Assembly: GCF_009914755.1 (NCBI RefSeq)
Contig: NC_060938.1
DNA length: 64,000 nt
Source: the human T2T-CHM13v2.0 reference genome, Homo sapiens
Direction: 5' to 3' (one strand)
In this document: positions 29,221 through 41,979 of the stretch, in pieces
How the letters are laid out: every line of letters starts with the position of its first letter
Numbering within the stretch: the first letter of the stretch is position 1
The notes under the pieces: model-generated
The model's database searches: none
What the model was told of the DNA's origin: nothing
The model's input: only the letters and a program-made list of their open reading frames with translations
Made by a program: the position numbers and the translations under genes

Positions 29221-32200
29221 TTCAAAGACAAATAATATGGTCTAAGCATTTGGTGTCCAAGATTAGTGGCAGTAAGATTTTCTACTACAAACAAGATTTT
29301 CTACTGCAAAATTATTATATATTGTTTAATATTATTAAAGCATTTAATATGATCTTTATGTTCAGAAGCACTTCTTGCTTTCAGAACTCAGGTTCTTGGG
29401 GAAAAATAACAAGAAGAAAGAATTAGAGATGAATTCTCACGAAGTAACTATTTGTCTTTCTATGTGGATATTCTCAATGAAGTTAAAATGGTTTTTTTTT
29501 GGTTAAAATATGCAACTTGAAATTTCAGCAGCTTCACTTGAGTCAGGGTTGCATTTTTGGAGCAATAGTTCGTGGTATTTGTGCATGCATACAACTCTCA
29601 TGATTTTAGTAGAGTTTCGTACCTATTTCAAAAGGCAGAAATTAGCTTAGACATTTAACTTCGATTTATTTAATTTGTAGGAGGGGAGAGATTGTATGTT
29701 ACCATAGTTGACTATAAAATCAGTTGAAGAGTCCACATATGTCCACTTAGCTCATAATTAGACTCAAATTTGTGTTCATGGGCATTCCTTAAACTCTAGT
29801 AGTGGAAGGTGAGTCCTACATGTTATTTAGCTTGCTAGCCCTTGTGTCTGGAGCAGTGTTTAACCCAGAGAAGGGGATCAGTAAATGTTTGTTGAATTGA
29901 ATTGAGTTGACTTTAGTCCAAATTTCATCCAGCGTTGGAATCCTTCTAGTTAATGCTATTTACTTAATCTAGTGGTGACCTGGGGTCTGGTAAAGTTACA
30001 TCTGAGTGCCGAGTTGTACTCATTTTAATTTAGCAGATACCTAAGTTTGGCAGTGAGCAACACACAACTTCAGAGTTTAGTTCTTTGTTTGCTTTTAGCA
30101 TTAGAAGTAACTACCAAGACCATCCAGTTTAATCTCCCCTCACTGCTACATGGGAGGGAGTCTGTTCTTTTTATATTGGAAACATCCTGTGGCCATATTT
30201 TCAACAGCGAAGGTCTTTAAGAATCTTGCTTTTTACCTGGCAGGACATTTAAAGGATCCTAGTCTTCTTCCTATGTCAAACATTCTTTTGGAATTTCTTC
30301 CCCCAGATCTCTCTTCTGGTGCTGTTTAGGCTGCTAGCATGTAAAATCTTTTAACGAAATTACATTTGGGGAAAGCTGCTTGCTGCTATTTAGAAAATGC
30401 CTAATATGTTATAAAAATGGATTGTAGATGCAGCATAATAATCTTAATTGAATTGTAATTTCCAGTTGCTTAGGAAGAATATATGTATATATCCTCCATG
30501 TTATTGGTTAAGTCATGGAGTAACTTTAGAGCATTGCATAATGAAGTAAATTTTGTTAAGTACATAGATTCAACTCAAATGTCAACATTCCTAATCTTAA
30601 AGGAAGTTTGTTTGACATATTAATTTTCTGTGCTATACATACCTCAGGGCAACTTCTCATCTTTCCTCACACCAACAGAGGTCTTCCTCTCTTGATGCTG
30701 AAAGTCAATGTTTGATAAAGAGAATCTCAGGAGGAAAAGGGAAAGGTGAAAAGCTGGCTGCAGAGTCAAACTCTTCTGAGCAGGGCATTCTTAATATTCA
30801 TTTTGGTTGGGTTTACCGAACTGTGGGAAAGAATTTCAGGTGGGGAAAATGGTTTTATCAGCTCCCAAGTTAGGCAGTTTGGTTGGGGAAATACTTTTTT
30901 TTTTTTCTGAATAAACTTCACAAAACATCATAAAATCACAATGCATTGTACATTTATTCATGAGCCCTTCTTAAGTTTTTCCACAAATGAAAACATTTCC
31001 TTACATTGAGACATGAATGGTAATTTAAAACTGGTTTCATGGATGACTCATTTTCAGCCATTTTTTTTCTCAACCTCACCGAATTCTCAAATCTAAAGGC
31101 AGTGAGAGAGAAGTTTTACTGTTTTCATGCTGACATTCTTCCCTCCCTGCATGTATGAAGCTGTTGTTGCTATCGTTTGGGAACCCCACATATACAGGAA
31201 GGGAAAAATATCAAAGTAGAGTCTCCAAAGTATTTGTTAACTGACATCATACTTTGGAAAAATACTAAGGTATATTTGAAAAAATAATGTGTTTATTTCC
31301 CCCACCAAGAAGTTTGATCAGAGCATTGCACTTAATTTAAAGCATAGCATTAATTTATGGTATTCAGCTATTTTTATTTTCTAAGGCAAAATGTTGTTCT
31401 CCTTATACCACTTCTATAAGATTCACATTTTGTAATTTTGAAAAGATGCCAATAGTAGGTTAATTTAGGGCCGAAGTTTGGGAAATAATATCTCTGACTT
31501 ATAGCCATTGTGATTCTAGAGGAATTTTCAGTGGGATTAGAATCCTACAGGATTAAAACAGATTTTTGGTGACTGGGTTTATCAAGAATATAACATTAAT
31601 AAAGGTGGTATTCTTAGGAATAATTGAGTCATGTGAGAAAAGTATAAAGTCTGATGAAAAATCTGATGGCATTTATAATAGATACAGTCAGGTGGTAACT
31701 GGAATATTGATATTATCCCATTGTAAAGTATAAGCTTACAAAGTCAAATACATCACACACAAAAAGGTAAATTAAATCCCTTTAAATTACAAAAAAAATC
31801 TTAAGTTATTTATTGATAAGAAGTATTACATAAGTATTCTGAAATTATTTTTATTATTATCAATTGTTTTCCCCTGGACATTGGGTAACAGAAGACAAAG
31901 GAAATCGAGGTAAATTAGGCACATGGAAAATACAAAGCATGTAGTCATTTTTCTTACATTGTAACATATTTTGCACTAAGAGCAAATAATAAAAATAAAT
32001 GCAAACTTGATAGAGCAAGCATGCTTGACACTAACCAATTCTTGACATCACTGTAAAATTGTAAATGTAATATCATTAACTAAGAACTTAGTAATGTTTG
32101 ATGCACATAGAGCAACTGTAAAACAAGGTTATTTTTATGTAATGAACCATTTATAAACTGTTATCTACTTGGACTAACATAAGTGTACTATATAAAAGCA

Positions 32201-33404
32201 CTTTGCAAGTGCGCAGATATTATCATTCTAATGTATAGCTATTGTCTTTAATGCTAAATAGTATAACCTAATTTTACAAAACCTAAACATTTTGCTAAGC
32301 AGTAACTTCTTCTATTTTTAAATTAACAACTTTTCTGCTTTATCACTTTTACCAAAAAGGTTTTTATTTTAAAATTAAGGCTAAAAGAAAACCAATTTAT
32401 TTTTAGAATTTATTTTTATTCCCATTAATTTTTTTTAACTTTCTAAATTATCTTTCCTTTAGTCTTTAGTGAGTTTTGTTGAATAATAACGTAAGTAGCA
32501 GCAGTAATATATGAAATCTTACTGTATGATGTGCAGCTATATGACAGATACTGCTTGCTTAGTCGTTAGGATTTTGAAGGTAACTATTTAATAAACCACT
32601 GTTTGTATTCATAAAATAAAATGTTTCCTCCCCAACATGCAAAATTTAAAAAACACACATAAATAACCATTATCATTAGTTCACAAACATATGCTATGGA
32701 CCATCAACTATATATTATTTTATAGCTTTTCCAATGTAGTTTAGCTAACATTTTAGAAATATGTATTATTTCTAAATTCATATGCCTGTTTAAACTTCAT
32801 TATCTCAAATGATACTGACAGAATGTCATGAAACAGTATCATAATATACATATAGACATTATTTTGATGCAATAAACATGTGATTTTTAAGACTTTCTTA
32901 ATAAACACACATGTTTATTCTTTGCTGAAACATGTTTCTGCAAGTGCCATACCTATATTTTGCAAGTTCCTATTTACCTGATGAAGACAGTCTTGCTGAA
33001 AATGTCTTTTCCTTTGAAAGCTCCTTGTAATTAGGAATAAGAGCCCTTACTCATTAGACAAAGCCGTTGTTTTTTTCTCCCAGGAAACCTCTCCTTCACC
33101 AAATTGCTAAACTGTAAAACATGGGTTTGGCACTGAAACATGCATTTTTATATTTTTGCTCCTTACTAACCAGATAACACATGAGATGCAATGAGACTTC
33201 CACAAAGTAAACCTTGTATTATTGGTACCTCTGAGCACGAAGCTATGTGACCAGTACTAGACTGGTAGACCCTGCTGGCGTGGCAATTGCATCTTATGTG
33301 GAATGTATCTGGTGTTTTATTATTTGTTTTAGAGTGTCATTTCAATGTAATGTGCTGTTCTTTGTGTCTTTGTTGTCTCTTTTTTTTCTTTGTCCCCCCA
33401 ACAG

Positions 33405-33709
33405 CATTTTGTCCCGCACAGGGAAGAAGGAAAACCAAGATGCCTCCAATTTGACAGTGCCCATGACCATGTGTCTTTTTCCTGTGCCATTCCCACTCAC
33501 CCCATCTCTAAGACCGCAGGTCAGTTCCATCAACCCTACTGTTACTCGCTCCCTCCTTTACAGCGTCCTGCGAGATGCTCCCTCAGAACGCGGCCCGCAA
33601 AGTCGTGATGCTCAGTTGTCAGACTACCCTTCTTTGGACTACCAAGGCCTCTACGTGACTTTGGTGACCCTCCTGGATCTAGTTCCTTTACTACAGCACG
33701 GCCAACACG
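33405..33709 (+). CDS. UNC79: UNC79 coding exon (305 nt, phase 2 to 1): (S)ILSRTGKKENQDASNLTVP...SVLRDAPSERGPQSRDAQLSDYPSLDYQGLYVTLVTLLDLVPLLQHGQH(D)
   Basis: Acceptor tttgtccccccaacag|, donor ACG|gtgagc. Lies in the frame of ORF 33247..33756; phases match both neighbours. A second in-frame acceptor is at 33563/33564. Confidence 0.94.
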
Positions 33710-35317
33710 GTGAGCACTTAGCTGAAACCTTTGGAAATGTACGTGGATGCTTATGAATGTATATGATGCTGAGCAAGGGGCTTGGAGATGGTCACTGTTG
33801 TAATCAATCACCTGAAAGGGCTTTGTGTGGCTAGAAGCACTACACTGAAACTTCATTATGGTGCTTCCCATACTATTATTTTACACTGTTTTATTGCCAG
33901 AGGGATGTTATCCAAGTGGAGTATTGGGGGAGAATGGGGCTGGAGAAAGGAGGAAGATGTATAACAAGAAATTTTCTCTTCTTTCCTGATCAGTTATCAT
34001 GAGGACTCTTGTTGAAATTATGAGTGGGGAGATAAGATTTTAAAACTGTCACCCAGAAAATTAAGAAGTAGAGCATGAAGAGCAGGCTATAATCCACTGA
34101 CTGATTCGGTAATTTTTGAGGGAGCAAATTCTCTAGGACCCATTTTTTCCTGTCTCTTTAATAAAGTCAGGAGGTTAGATGAGAAGTAATCTCTAACAAC
34201 TCTTCCAAATGTAAACAACAATCAATAGTTATTACAAAATGTTGTATCAAAATGTAGATATAGTATATAGTGGCGCTGTATGCTGTATTCAGCATATGGT
34301 ATTAGTGGTGCTATGTGCTATTTGCAGTATGTATACAATATATGATATTAGTGGTGCTTAGAATAGAAGTCTAAGAGCCTGCTTCTTTTCTTAACTCTTC
34401 CCCCTTTCTACTCTGTGTCCTTAGCCAGTTTCATTATCTTGGTTGCTTACCAAATTCTCCTAACCTGTAAAAATGGGAGAATCAAATGAAAAACAATGCA
34501 ATAAGAAAAGGGATTTCTGCAGGTAATGCACTTTAAAACATTAGTTATTTTAACTTCAAAACTCTGATAATTTGGTCCCTGAAAGTATGATAACCAAAGT
34601 TTCACTGTACAGAAAAATTTGAATTTTGGAAAATAAGTGGGTAGTGGGGGTTATTTTGTCTTTTAGTTATGGCTAACTCCCCTAAGAGAATTCTTGATGG
34701 TTTATTTAGTACAACGTGTTCATAATATTAAAAGTTTAAAAATCTACGGAGATAAAAATGATGAAATAATGACTATTGGATTTGTTTTTTCTTACATTTA
34801 CAATTCTGTGTTATGGTGAATGTAAAAGGTATAGAAATTCGTAAAGTTGCTTTTTGTATAATTCTGTAGCCGTCTTAAATCTAGCCACTTCTGCTGTGAT
34901 CCTCTGCCAGCTCTGAACTTAAATGAGAGGATTCTTAACATAAGACTGCCAGAGCTTACTATGCTGATGAGCTTGTCAGTGCGTCTCCTTCGTGACTACT
35001 AGTCCTGAACTCACCTGGGACTTGCCTGGTCCTGGGTTGGTCCACTGTGTTAGGGGAGCTGCCCGTTATCTTCAAAGCCCCTTGATTAAGATAAAGACAT
35101 TAAATTTGGTAAATTGCAATCTGTGTAATTGCAATTAATGTGTAAATTGTGACGATTTCAGGGGAGATGATTTGTATTTTTGCTCTTGTACCTGCGGCTG
35201 TTTTGTGACTTTGTGACATTGTTATTTAGCTATCGTGTTCTTGTTCTGCATGATAGAGCTTAGAAGGTAGGAAAAAACTCAGTAGATCAATCTAATGAAT
35301 GGTTCAGAGAAACAATA

Positions 35318-35502
35318 CGGCATTGTTTCTTGAAGCATGGTCTGAAAAACATCGGAATCACTGAGGGAGTTTGTAACATGGAATTCTGGTCCTACCCGGG
35401 GACTAGTTACTAAGAATCACTGAGAGGTGGGGCCTGAGGATCTGAATTTTTAGCAAGATCCTTGTGGACGCTTCTTTTGCATAGACTTTGAGAGCCGCTG
35501 CA
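35318..35502. mobile_element. MER5-type hAT-Charlie MITE
   Basis: gcatcggaatcac-like motif; gaatcactgagaggtggggcctgaggatctgaatttttagcaag; agactttgagagccgctgc terminus. Confidence 0.75.
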
Positions 35503-36149
35503 CTAAGACCGGAGGCTGTGTCTTGCTGCTGGGTCTGGGTGGAGCACAGGAAGAGCACTAGGCAACGGTTTTGTCGCAGTTCAACTGCTAACTCTCAGGT
35601 GATCCTGAACAATCACCTCTCTCCGGACCTCAGTTTCCTTATATGAAAAATACTCCAGTTGGGCTCCTTTCAGTGCTAATGTTCTGTAATTAGGCTAAAA
35701 GGCTCAGCAAAAGGAGCTGAGGTGTCTTGTATGCACAGCTTCGGTTAATTCTTAGTAAAACACCTGTGGATTTTCCATTTCATTCATTTGAGCTCAAGGT
35801 TGACTGACTCTGGCCCTCTAGTGTGCACTGTGGCCACATCCTTTCTGTTGTTAGCTGATGTGCCTGTTAAGATGGCATATTAATTCTAACGACAATCAGA
35901 AATAACATTAGGAATCCAAAGAAGGTTCATCTGCTGCAAAACAAAGAAGAGTCTAGTACTTTTCTGTTATAATGAATACAAAAGTGATCCAAGTCTTCAT
36001 CATCAAACCTTGGCTGATGGCCTATATTTTGGGAAGTCCAGGAATATACAAATGTACATTTAGTGTAATGGGATTTGGCCTACATGCATTCTAAAGCTAA
36101 ATAGTTATGGTTTTGTTGCATCTCCTTTATTTTTATTCTTGTGCAGGTA

Positions 36150-36320
36150 ATAATAATAGTAACTGTTAATATTAGTAATAACAGCTAATATTTGTGGAGC
36201 ACACAGTATGTGCTATGCTAAGGACTTTACATTTATCTCATTAAAACCTCCTAACAATCCTTCTAATGAAGTGAGGTAGGTATTGTTATGATCCCTGTTT
36301 AAAGATGTTGTTAGAAAGAT
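36150..36320 (-). mobile_element. MIR
   Basis: taataacagctaatatttgtggagcacacagtatgtgct...gtgaggtaggtattgttatgatccctgtttaaagatg. Confidence 0.75.
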
Positions 36321-36873
36321 TATTATTAGGTAGCACTTCCTCCCATGATCATTGATGACTCAATGCACATGGTCATGTAGCACCAGCTTACGGCTTCCCT
36401 TGTTTGGTGCTTGCTGAAATTGCTGCTCGGCTGAAGGTTGCAAATTACCTCATTGCCCGACACTCCAGATGGTTTGATTGATGGAGCAGAAATAGCCCGG
36501 TTTTATTTCTGATACTGCCCTTGACTTTTCTAAAACTTCCATTGGGCAAATCATCTAACTTCTTGTGCCTCAGTTATCTTGTGTAGAATGTAGTAATACA
36601 AATACCAAGTATTATTGAAGATTGAGAAAGTGTGGAGGAAAAATGCATGTAATGGATATTTATATTTCTTAACATATTCATTCATCAGTCATTTATTGAC
36701 CAATTACTGTATAAATAGTACCCTATCAAACATTATGTTTCATAACACTTAATAGAGATGGAGCACTAGTTGCTTATAACTTAAACCAGTTCATTAAAGC
36801 TTAAAATGTAAAGTTAGCCTATTTTGTTAATTGCAAAATATTCAGTGACTGATTACTCAATTTTGTTTTGTAG

Positions 36874-37044
36874 ATCTTGGACAGTCGATATTTTATACAA
36901 CTACATGTTTGCTACCTTTTCTCAATGATGATATTCTGAGTACTTTGCCCTACACGATGATATCAACGTTGGCTACCTTTCCTCCATTTCTGCACAAGGA
37001 TATCATTGAATATCTTAGCACATCTTTTCTACCAATGGCTATAT
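36874..37044 (+). CDS. UNC79: UNC79 coding exon (171 nt, phase 1 to 1): (D)LGQSIFYTTTCLLPFLNDDILSTLPYTMISTLATFPPFLHKDIIEYLSTSFLPMAI(L)
   Basis: Acceptor ttttgttttgtag|, donor TAT|gtaagt, open frame; recognised UNC79 peptide. Confidence 0.96.
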
Positions 37045-37789
37045 GTAAGTCCAATCTTACCTAATACTAGATTATTTTTATGTATGATATGAATGGAAAT
37101 TGCTTTTGCTGTTATAGGCTCTAGTTTTTCGAGATTATAATGGAATCACTTGATATATACAGGAGCTATGATTTCAATTCAGTCACTTTAGCATGGATAT
37201 TATGGCGAAAGTCAAAGAAATGAAAGGCGTTAGGGCTTAAAATTGTTTTATTCAGACTGTTTGATCTTATAGAATAGAAAAAAAGAACATATCAAGGCAG
37301 TCTAGATTTCCTATGTATAAGTTACAGTATCTTTTACCACTTTAGAAAAAAGATGGGGAAAGTATTGTCTCAGATGCAGAAATTCCTATCTTTTGGCTTT
37401 GAAGGCAGTAGGATCTAATAGAAAGAGCATTAGATAGTCAGGATGTGTAAATTCTGGTCCCAGCTCTGCCTCTAATCTGGGCAGCTCACATAGTTGAAAC
37501 ATCATCTACAGAGTGACGAATCCATCAGCTTTCCCTTATAGAGGTATCGTGATGATAAAGTGACTCGAAATTTATGAAAGCACTGAAAAAAGCTAAAGCT
37601 TCCAAGTCATGTGCAATGTATGATTATAAACATAAAACTGATTTGAATCCTGTTTCATTTCTGTAGACTTAATCTTACAGGCTTTCCAGACATGCGCACA
37701 AAGAGAAAAAAATATTGCATTGTGGTTTTTATGATCAAAATCATTTTCAAGTATTTTTTAAAGAAATGGATTATGGATTAATCTATGTT

Positions 37790-38025
37790 TCAGTGGGAAA
37801 TCCGAAAAGATTGTGGATTTAGGAGTCAAACGTTGGGATCCAAATCACAGCTCTTCCACCTACTAGCTATATGACTTTAGGCAAATTACCCAACTTTCTG
37901 TTTCTTTCCTATAAAATAATAATAATAATAATAGCTGCCTCATGAAGTTGTGGGATAATTAAGATGGTTAACTTGGAACATTGGTAAAATGCTAGCACAA
38001 TGCCTGGTATGCAATAAGTGTCAGC
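37790..38025 (+). mobile_element. MIR
   Basis: ggatttaggagtcaaac...tactagctatatgactttaggcaaattac...agcacaatgcctggtatg. Confidence 0.8.
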
Positions 38026-38487
38026 TTGCTTCTCGCCTTCTCTCAACTATTGTTTTAGAAAAATACTTTCGTTGGTTACATTCAACTCCTAGTGATCATT
38101 ATTCACATTTTAATTTTATGTACTTACGATCTTATTAAAGTTGTTGCTCTGTAATAACAATTGGTAACCATATATATCTTTTGAGCTACATTTGCTTATT
38201 TTTACAATCAAGTTTAATGTTAGCTATGGAATTGTACTTTTCATGTCTTTCAGCAAAGAGTTTGACTTCTCCCTAAATTATATAGCAATTCAAAAAAATT
38301 AGCAGACTGATCATACCATTCAAGTAATACAATATTTGATCATTTTCTTCTTTTGTTCTTACTGACAAGTACTCATTTCTTGATATCGTTTTAGAATTGC
38401 ATAGTCATATCTTTAAAATAAGTGATGTTAACTGTTAAACTTAGGCATAAGAATTTTTGGTTTTTTGAAGCATAACAGATGAGGCTG

Positions 38488-38615
38488 TTTCCTTCCTTCC
38501 TTCCTTCCTTCCTTCCTTCCTTCCTTCCTTCCTTCCTTTCCTTCCTTCCTCCTTCCCTCCCTTTCTCCCTCCCTCCATTCTTCCCTTCCTCCCTTCGTCC
38601 CTTCTTTCTTTCTTT
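38488..38615 (+). repeat. (TTCC)n / polypyrimidine tract (Alu tail-derived)
   Basis: About 125 bp, almost purely C/T. Confidence 0.95.
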
Positions 38616-39212
<597 letters not shown>

Positions 39213-41979
39213 GGCGATGGTGGGATTAATGAGGAGGCTGTAGCTTTCTAACAATTAATCTAATTCACTAAATCCCTCCTTCTTAGGAATAAGTTAATAA
39301 TTATGGGAGAGGTGTTGAAAATATCAGGCCTCTGAAGTTACATTTAAGATTGATCAAGTATTGTGATAGCTGACAATTTGTTTCTTTACACTTAATTATT
39401 AATTTCTACTTAATTAGAAACACAGATCCCAAAACATGCCATGTAGTCACGTTAGAATTCTTACTTACATAAATGTACAAACCTTGGCAACTGAGGAGAA
39501 TAAAACAGTAAGTTGAGTTTACAAAATTTGTGTATATTTTAATGTTTATTAGAGGAGTAACTTGGCATTTATTTGAAGGTATGAACAAGTCACTTCATGT
39601 TCCCAAGGTCCCATTTTTTTTAACTATAAAGAAGGGGTTTGAAAAAAATGTTCAGTCTCGCAGATTACTTCTGGCGTACTAATTCTAGTTTAAGTAACAT
39701 CAATATTATTTTATGTAAGAGGCACGTATTGTCCTCTAACCTAGTTGTTGGTCTACTTCATGTGTTTATTTTGTTGCTCTGGTTTTAGTCTTTTGGCTTT
39801 GACTTTCCTTTCTCATAATCATTCCTGTGGTTCAATAATAGCCAATATTTGTCATCTTTAAGTCTTTGAAAATAAATTGTAATACCAACCTTTACAGCCA
39901 AATTCGATTACACCATTCAGGTGTTTCCTTTGTACTTGTTATTTCATGAGTATACAAAGACATAGATCCAAAACCAGAAGGATATAGTTTCAGATTAATC
40001 ATGTTAAAATGGACTGATGTGAGAATGTGTGTCCGTGTGTCGTATTCATGTTTTTTCTATTTTTTTGGTAGTTGTTTTGGTGTCTAGAAATTGTGACCAA
40101 AACAAGACAAGAACGCATAACTTCTTGCAGAATATTTTTATTTCAGGACTGAGATGTTAGGATGAAGGATATTGTATGTCCTGAGTACTTGATAAAGTCT
40201 TTAAGACAAAAAGGCTTTTTGGTGTGGTGTTCCTAATGTCAGATGGAAAACATGAACTGCTTTTCAGGTATAAAATGATTCTATCCTTAAGGACCTAGAA
40301 GATAAAGTTCTGATCTTTGAAGTGGACCTAATGAGGTATTGCAGCTCTTCAGAGTAAGAGGCCAGCATGTATATCAGAGATTTCCTCCTTACCATCCTTG
40401 TCAATAAACCAAGTGCTGGACTTTTATTTTAGAATGAGTCCTTTTAAGGTTCTGCAGAGCAAACTTCAACTTACTTATTGTGAAATTTTCCTTTGACATA
40501 GCTTTTCTTTTTAACTCCTTCCATAAATAAAATATATTTCTCTTTATTCCAAATGTGCTCAATATGCTTTGTTTATAAAAAATATATTAAAGGAGTTACT
40601 AAGAATTGAGAAAGTCATTTGCATGTCACCATGGAAACCTCTCTTTTTCCAATAAAGGATCTGTGATTTGTGGACTGAATTGAAATATGGAGATTTGGGA
40701 GATGATGGCTTTGGCAGAGAAGAGAAAGAGCTGATTCCAAGTGAACATTGACTGATGCAGGCTATGTTATTGTAAAGATGATAATAAAGCTGAACAATTA
40801 TATCAGCTTAAGATATAATTGTTTAAGATTATTCTAACGTATCCTAGTATCCCAGACTATGCGGTCTCATCTAGTTCCCTTTCCACCTTAAATTTTCTCA
40901 AAAAGTCACTTACCTTCAGGAAAAATAAAGGTTCATTTAAATCTTAAGGGCATTATCTTAAAGGCAATTGCGTGACTTACCATTTTTTGTTCTATTCCTA
41001 CTACTACAGAGGGTGCATGTTATGTTTCTATAACCTTCCAAAGACTAATAACACATAGAAAAAACAGTAAAAATGCAAAATATTAATGATATTTAAATAA
41101 TCTTTAATATATGCAGTCTGTTTTATTAGCTACTGGTTGTTTTTCTAAGATAGGTTTCCCTATATACTTTGAGAGTTTTATTGCTGAGTCATGGGAAATG
41201 TTTTGAAATAGAAATCCAGAAGAGCTGAGTTATAATCCTTCAACTATTGGCAAATCTCCTAACCTCATGGAACTTTGGTTTCCTTAGCTGTAAAATGGTG
41301 ATTAAGGATAACTTCCTGTGTCTACATCCCATGTTTGTTGTGAAGACCATGGAATAATGTATGAGAATAGCCTTAAAATATCATGTGATATTATGCACGT
41401 GTATATCAGGCCAAATGCATAGTCAAATCACAGACCTGTTAAATCCCATTGCAACTCATTCCAATACTTAGTTGAAATTCACACACTGTCCTGAAATTTC
41501 ATCATCTTAAATATTGCTTGAGGTAAGAGGCCATCTGCTGGGGCTTGGCAACTTTTTCTTCTAGAGTTTGTTGTATAATAAAAATAATGATTGTAGCAGT
41601 TTTTGGATTCACAGAATCTGACAGACCACTTCCACAGTGTTAATGGGCATTCTGTCCATGACTTTTCATTAATCTATAATTCTGCAAATATTTTAATGCT
41701 GTGTAGGCTTCCAGGTCACGTTGTCTTGGTCTTCCCTTTATGTTTAACTGATAATGCCCTTCTGAAGGGATGGACATTTTATGCTTAAACCCTATCTCAT
41801 GGAACACAATTACCTCTGCTCACACAAGTAGGAGGCCCGCGTAGAGGTGAGACCGCTTTTTAATCCAGGCAGTGCAGTCTGGCAGAATACAGGAAATGGT
41901 TCTGTCACACTGAAAAACTTACACCATAATGTGTTTCTTCCTGCCAGGTGTCTCCTTTACCTTCACCCTTTAGACAAGT

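Noticed and set aside
33164-33170. TACTAAC as a distant branch point for the exon at 33405
   Set aside because: Many AG dinucleotides lie between, so there is no AG-exclusion zone.
33520-33563. CAG|GTCAGT inside the 305-nt exon as donor of an exitron ending at 33563
   Set aside because: The 44-nt intron is below the practical human minimum and would frameshift.
33247-33756. 169-aa ORF as a stand-alone gene
   Set aside because: It is the UNC79 exon frame reading through flanking intron; it starts at GTG and splice sites define the real limits.
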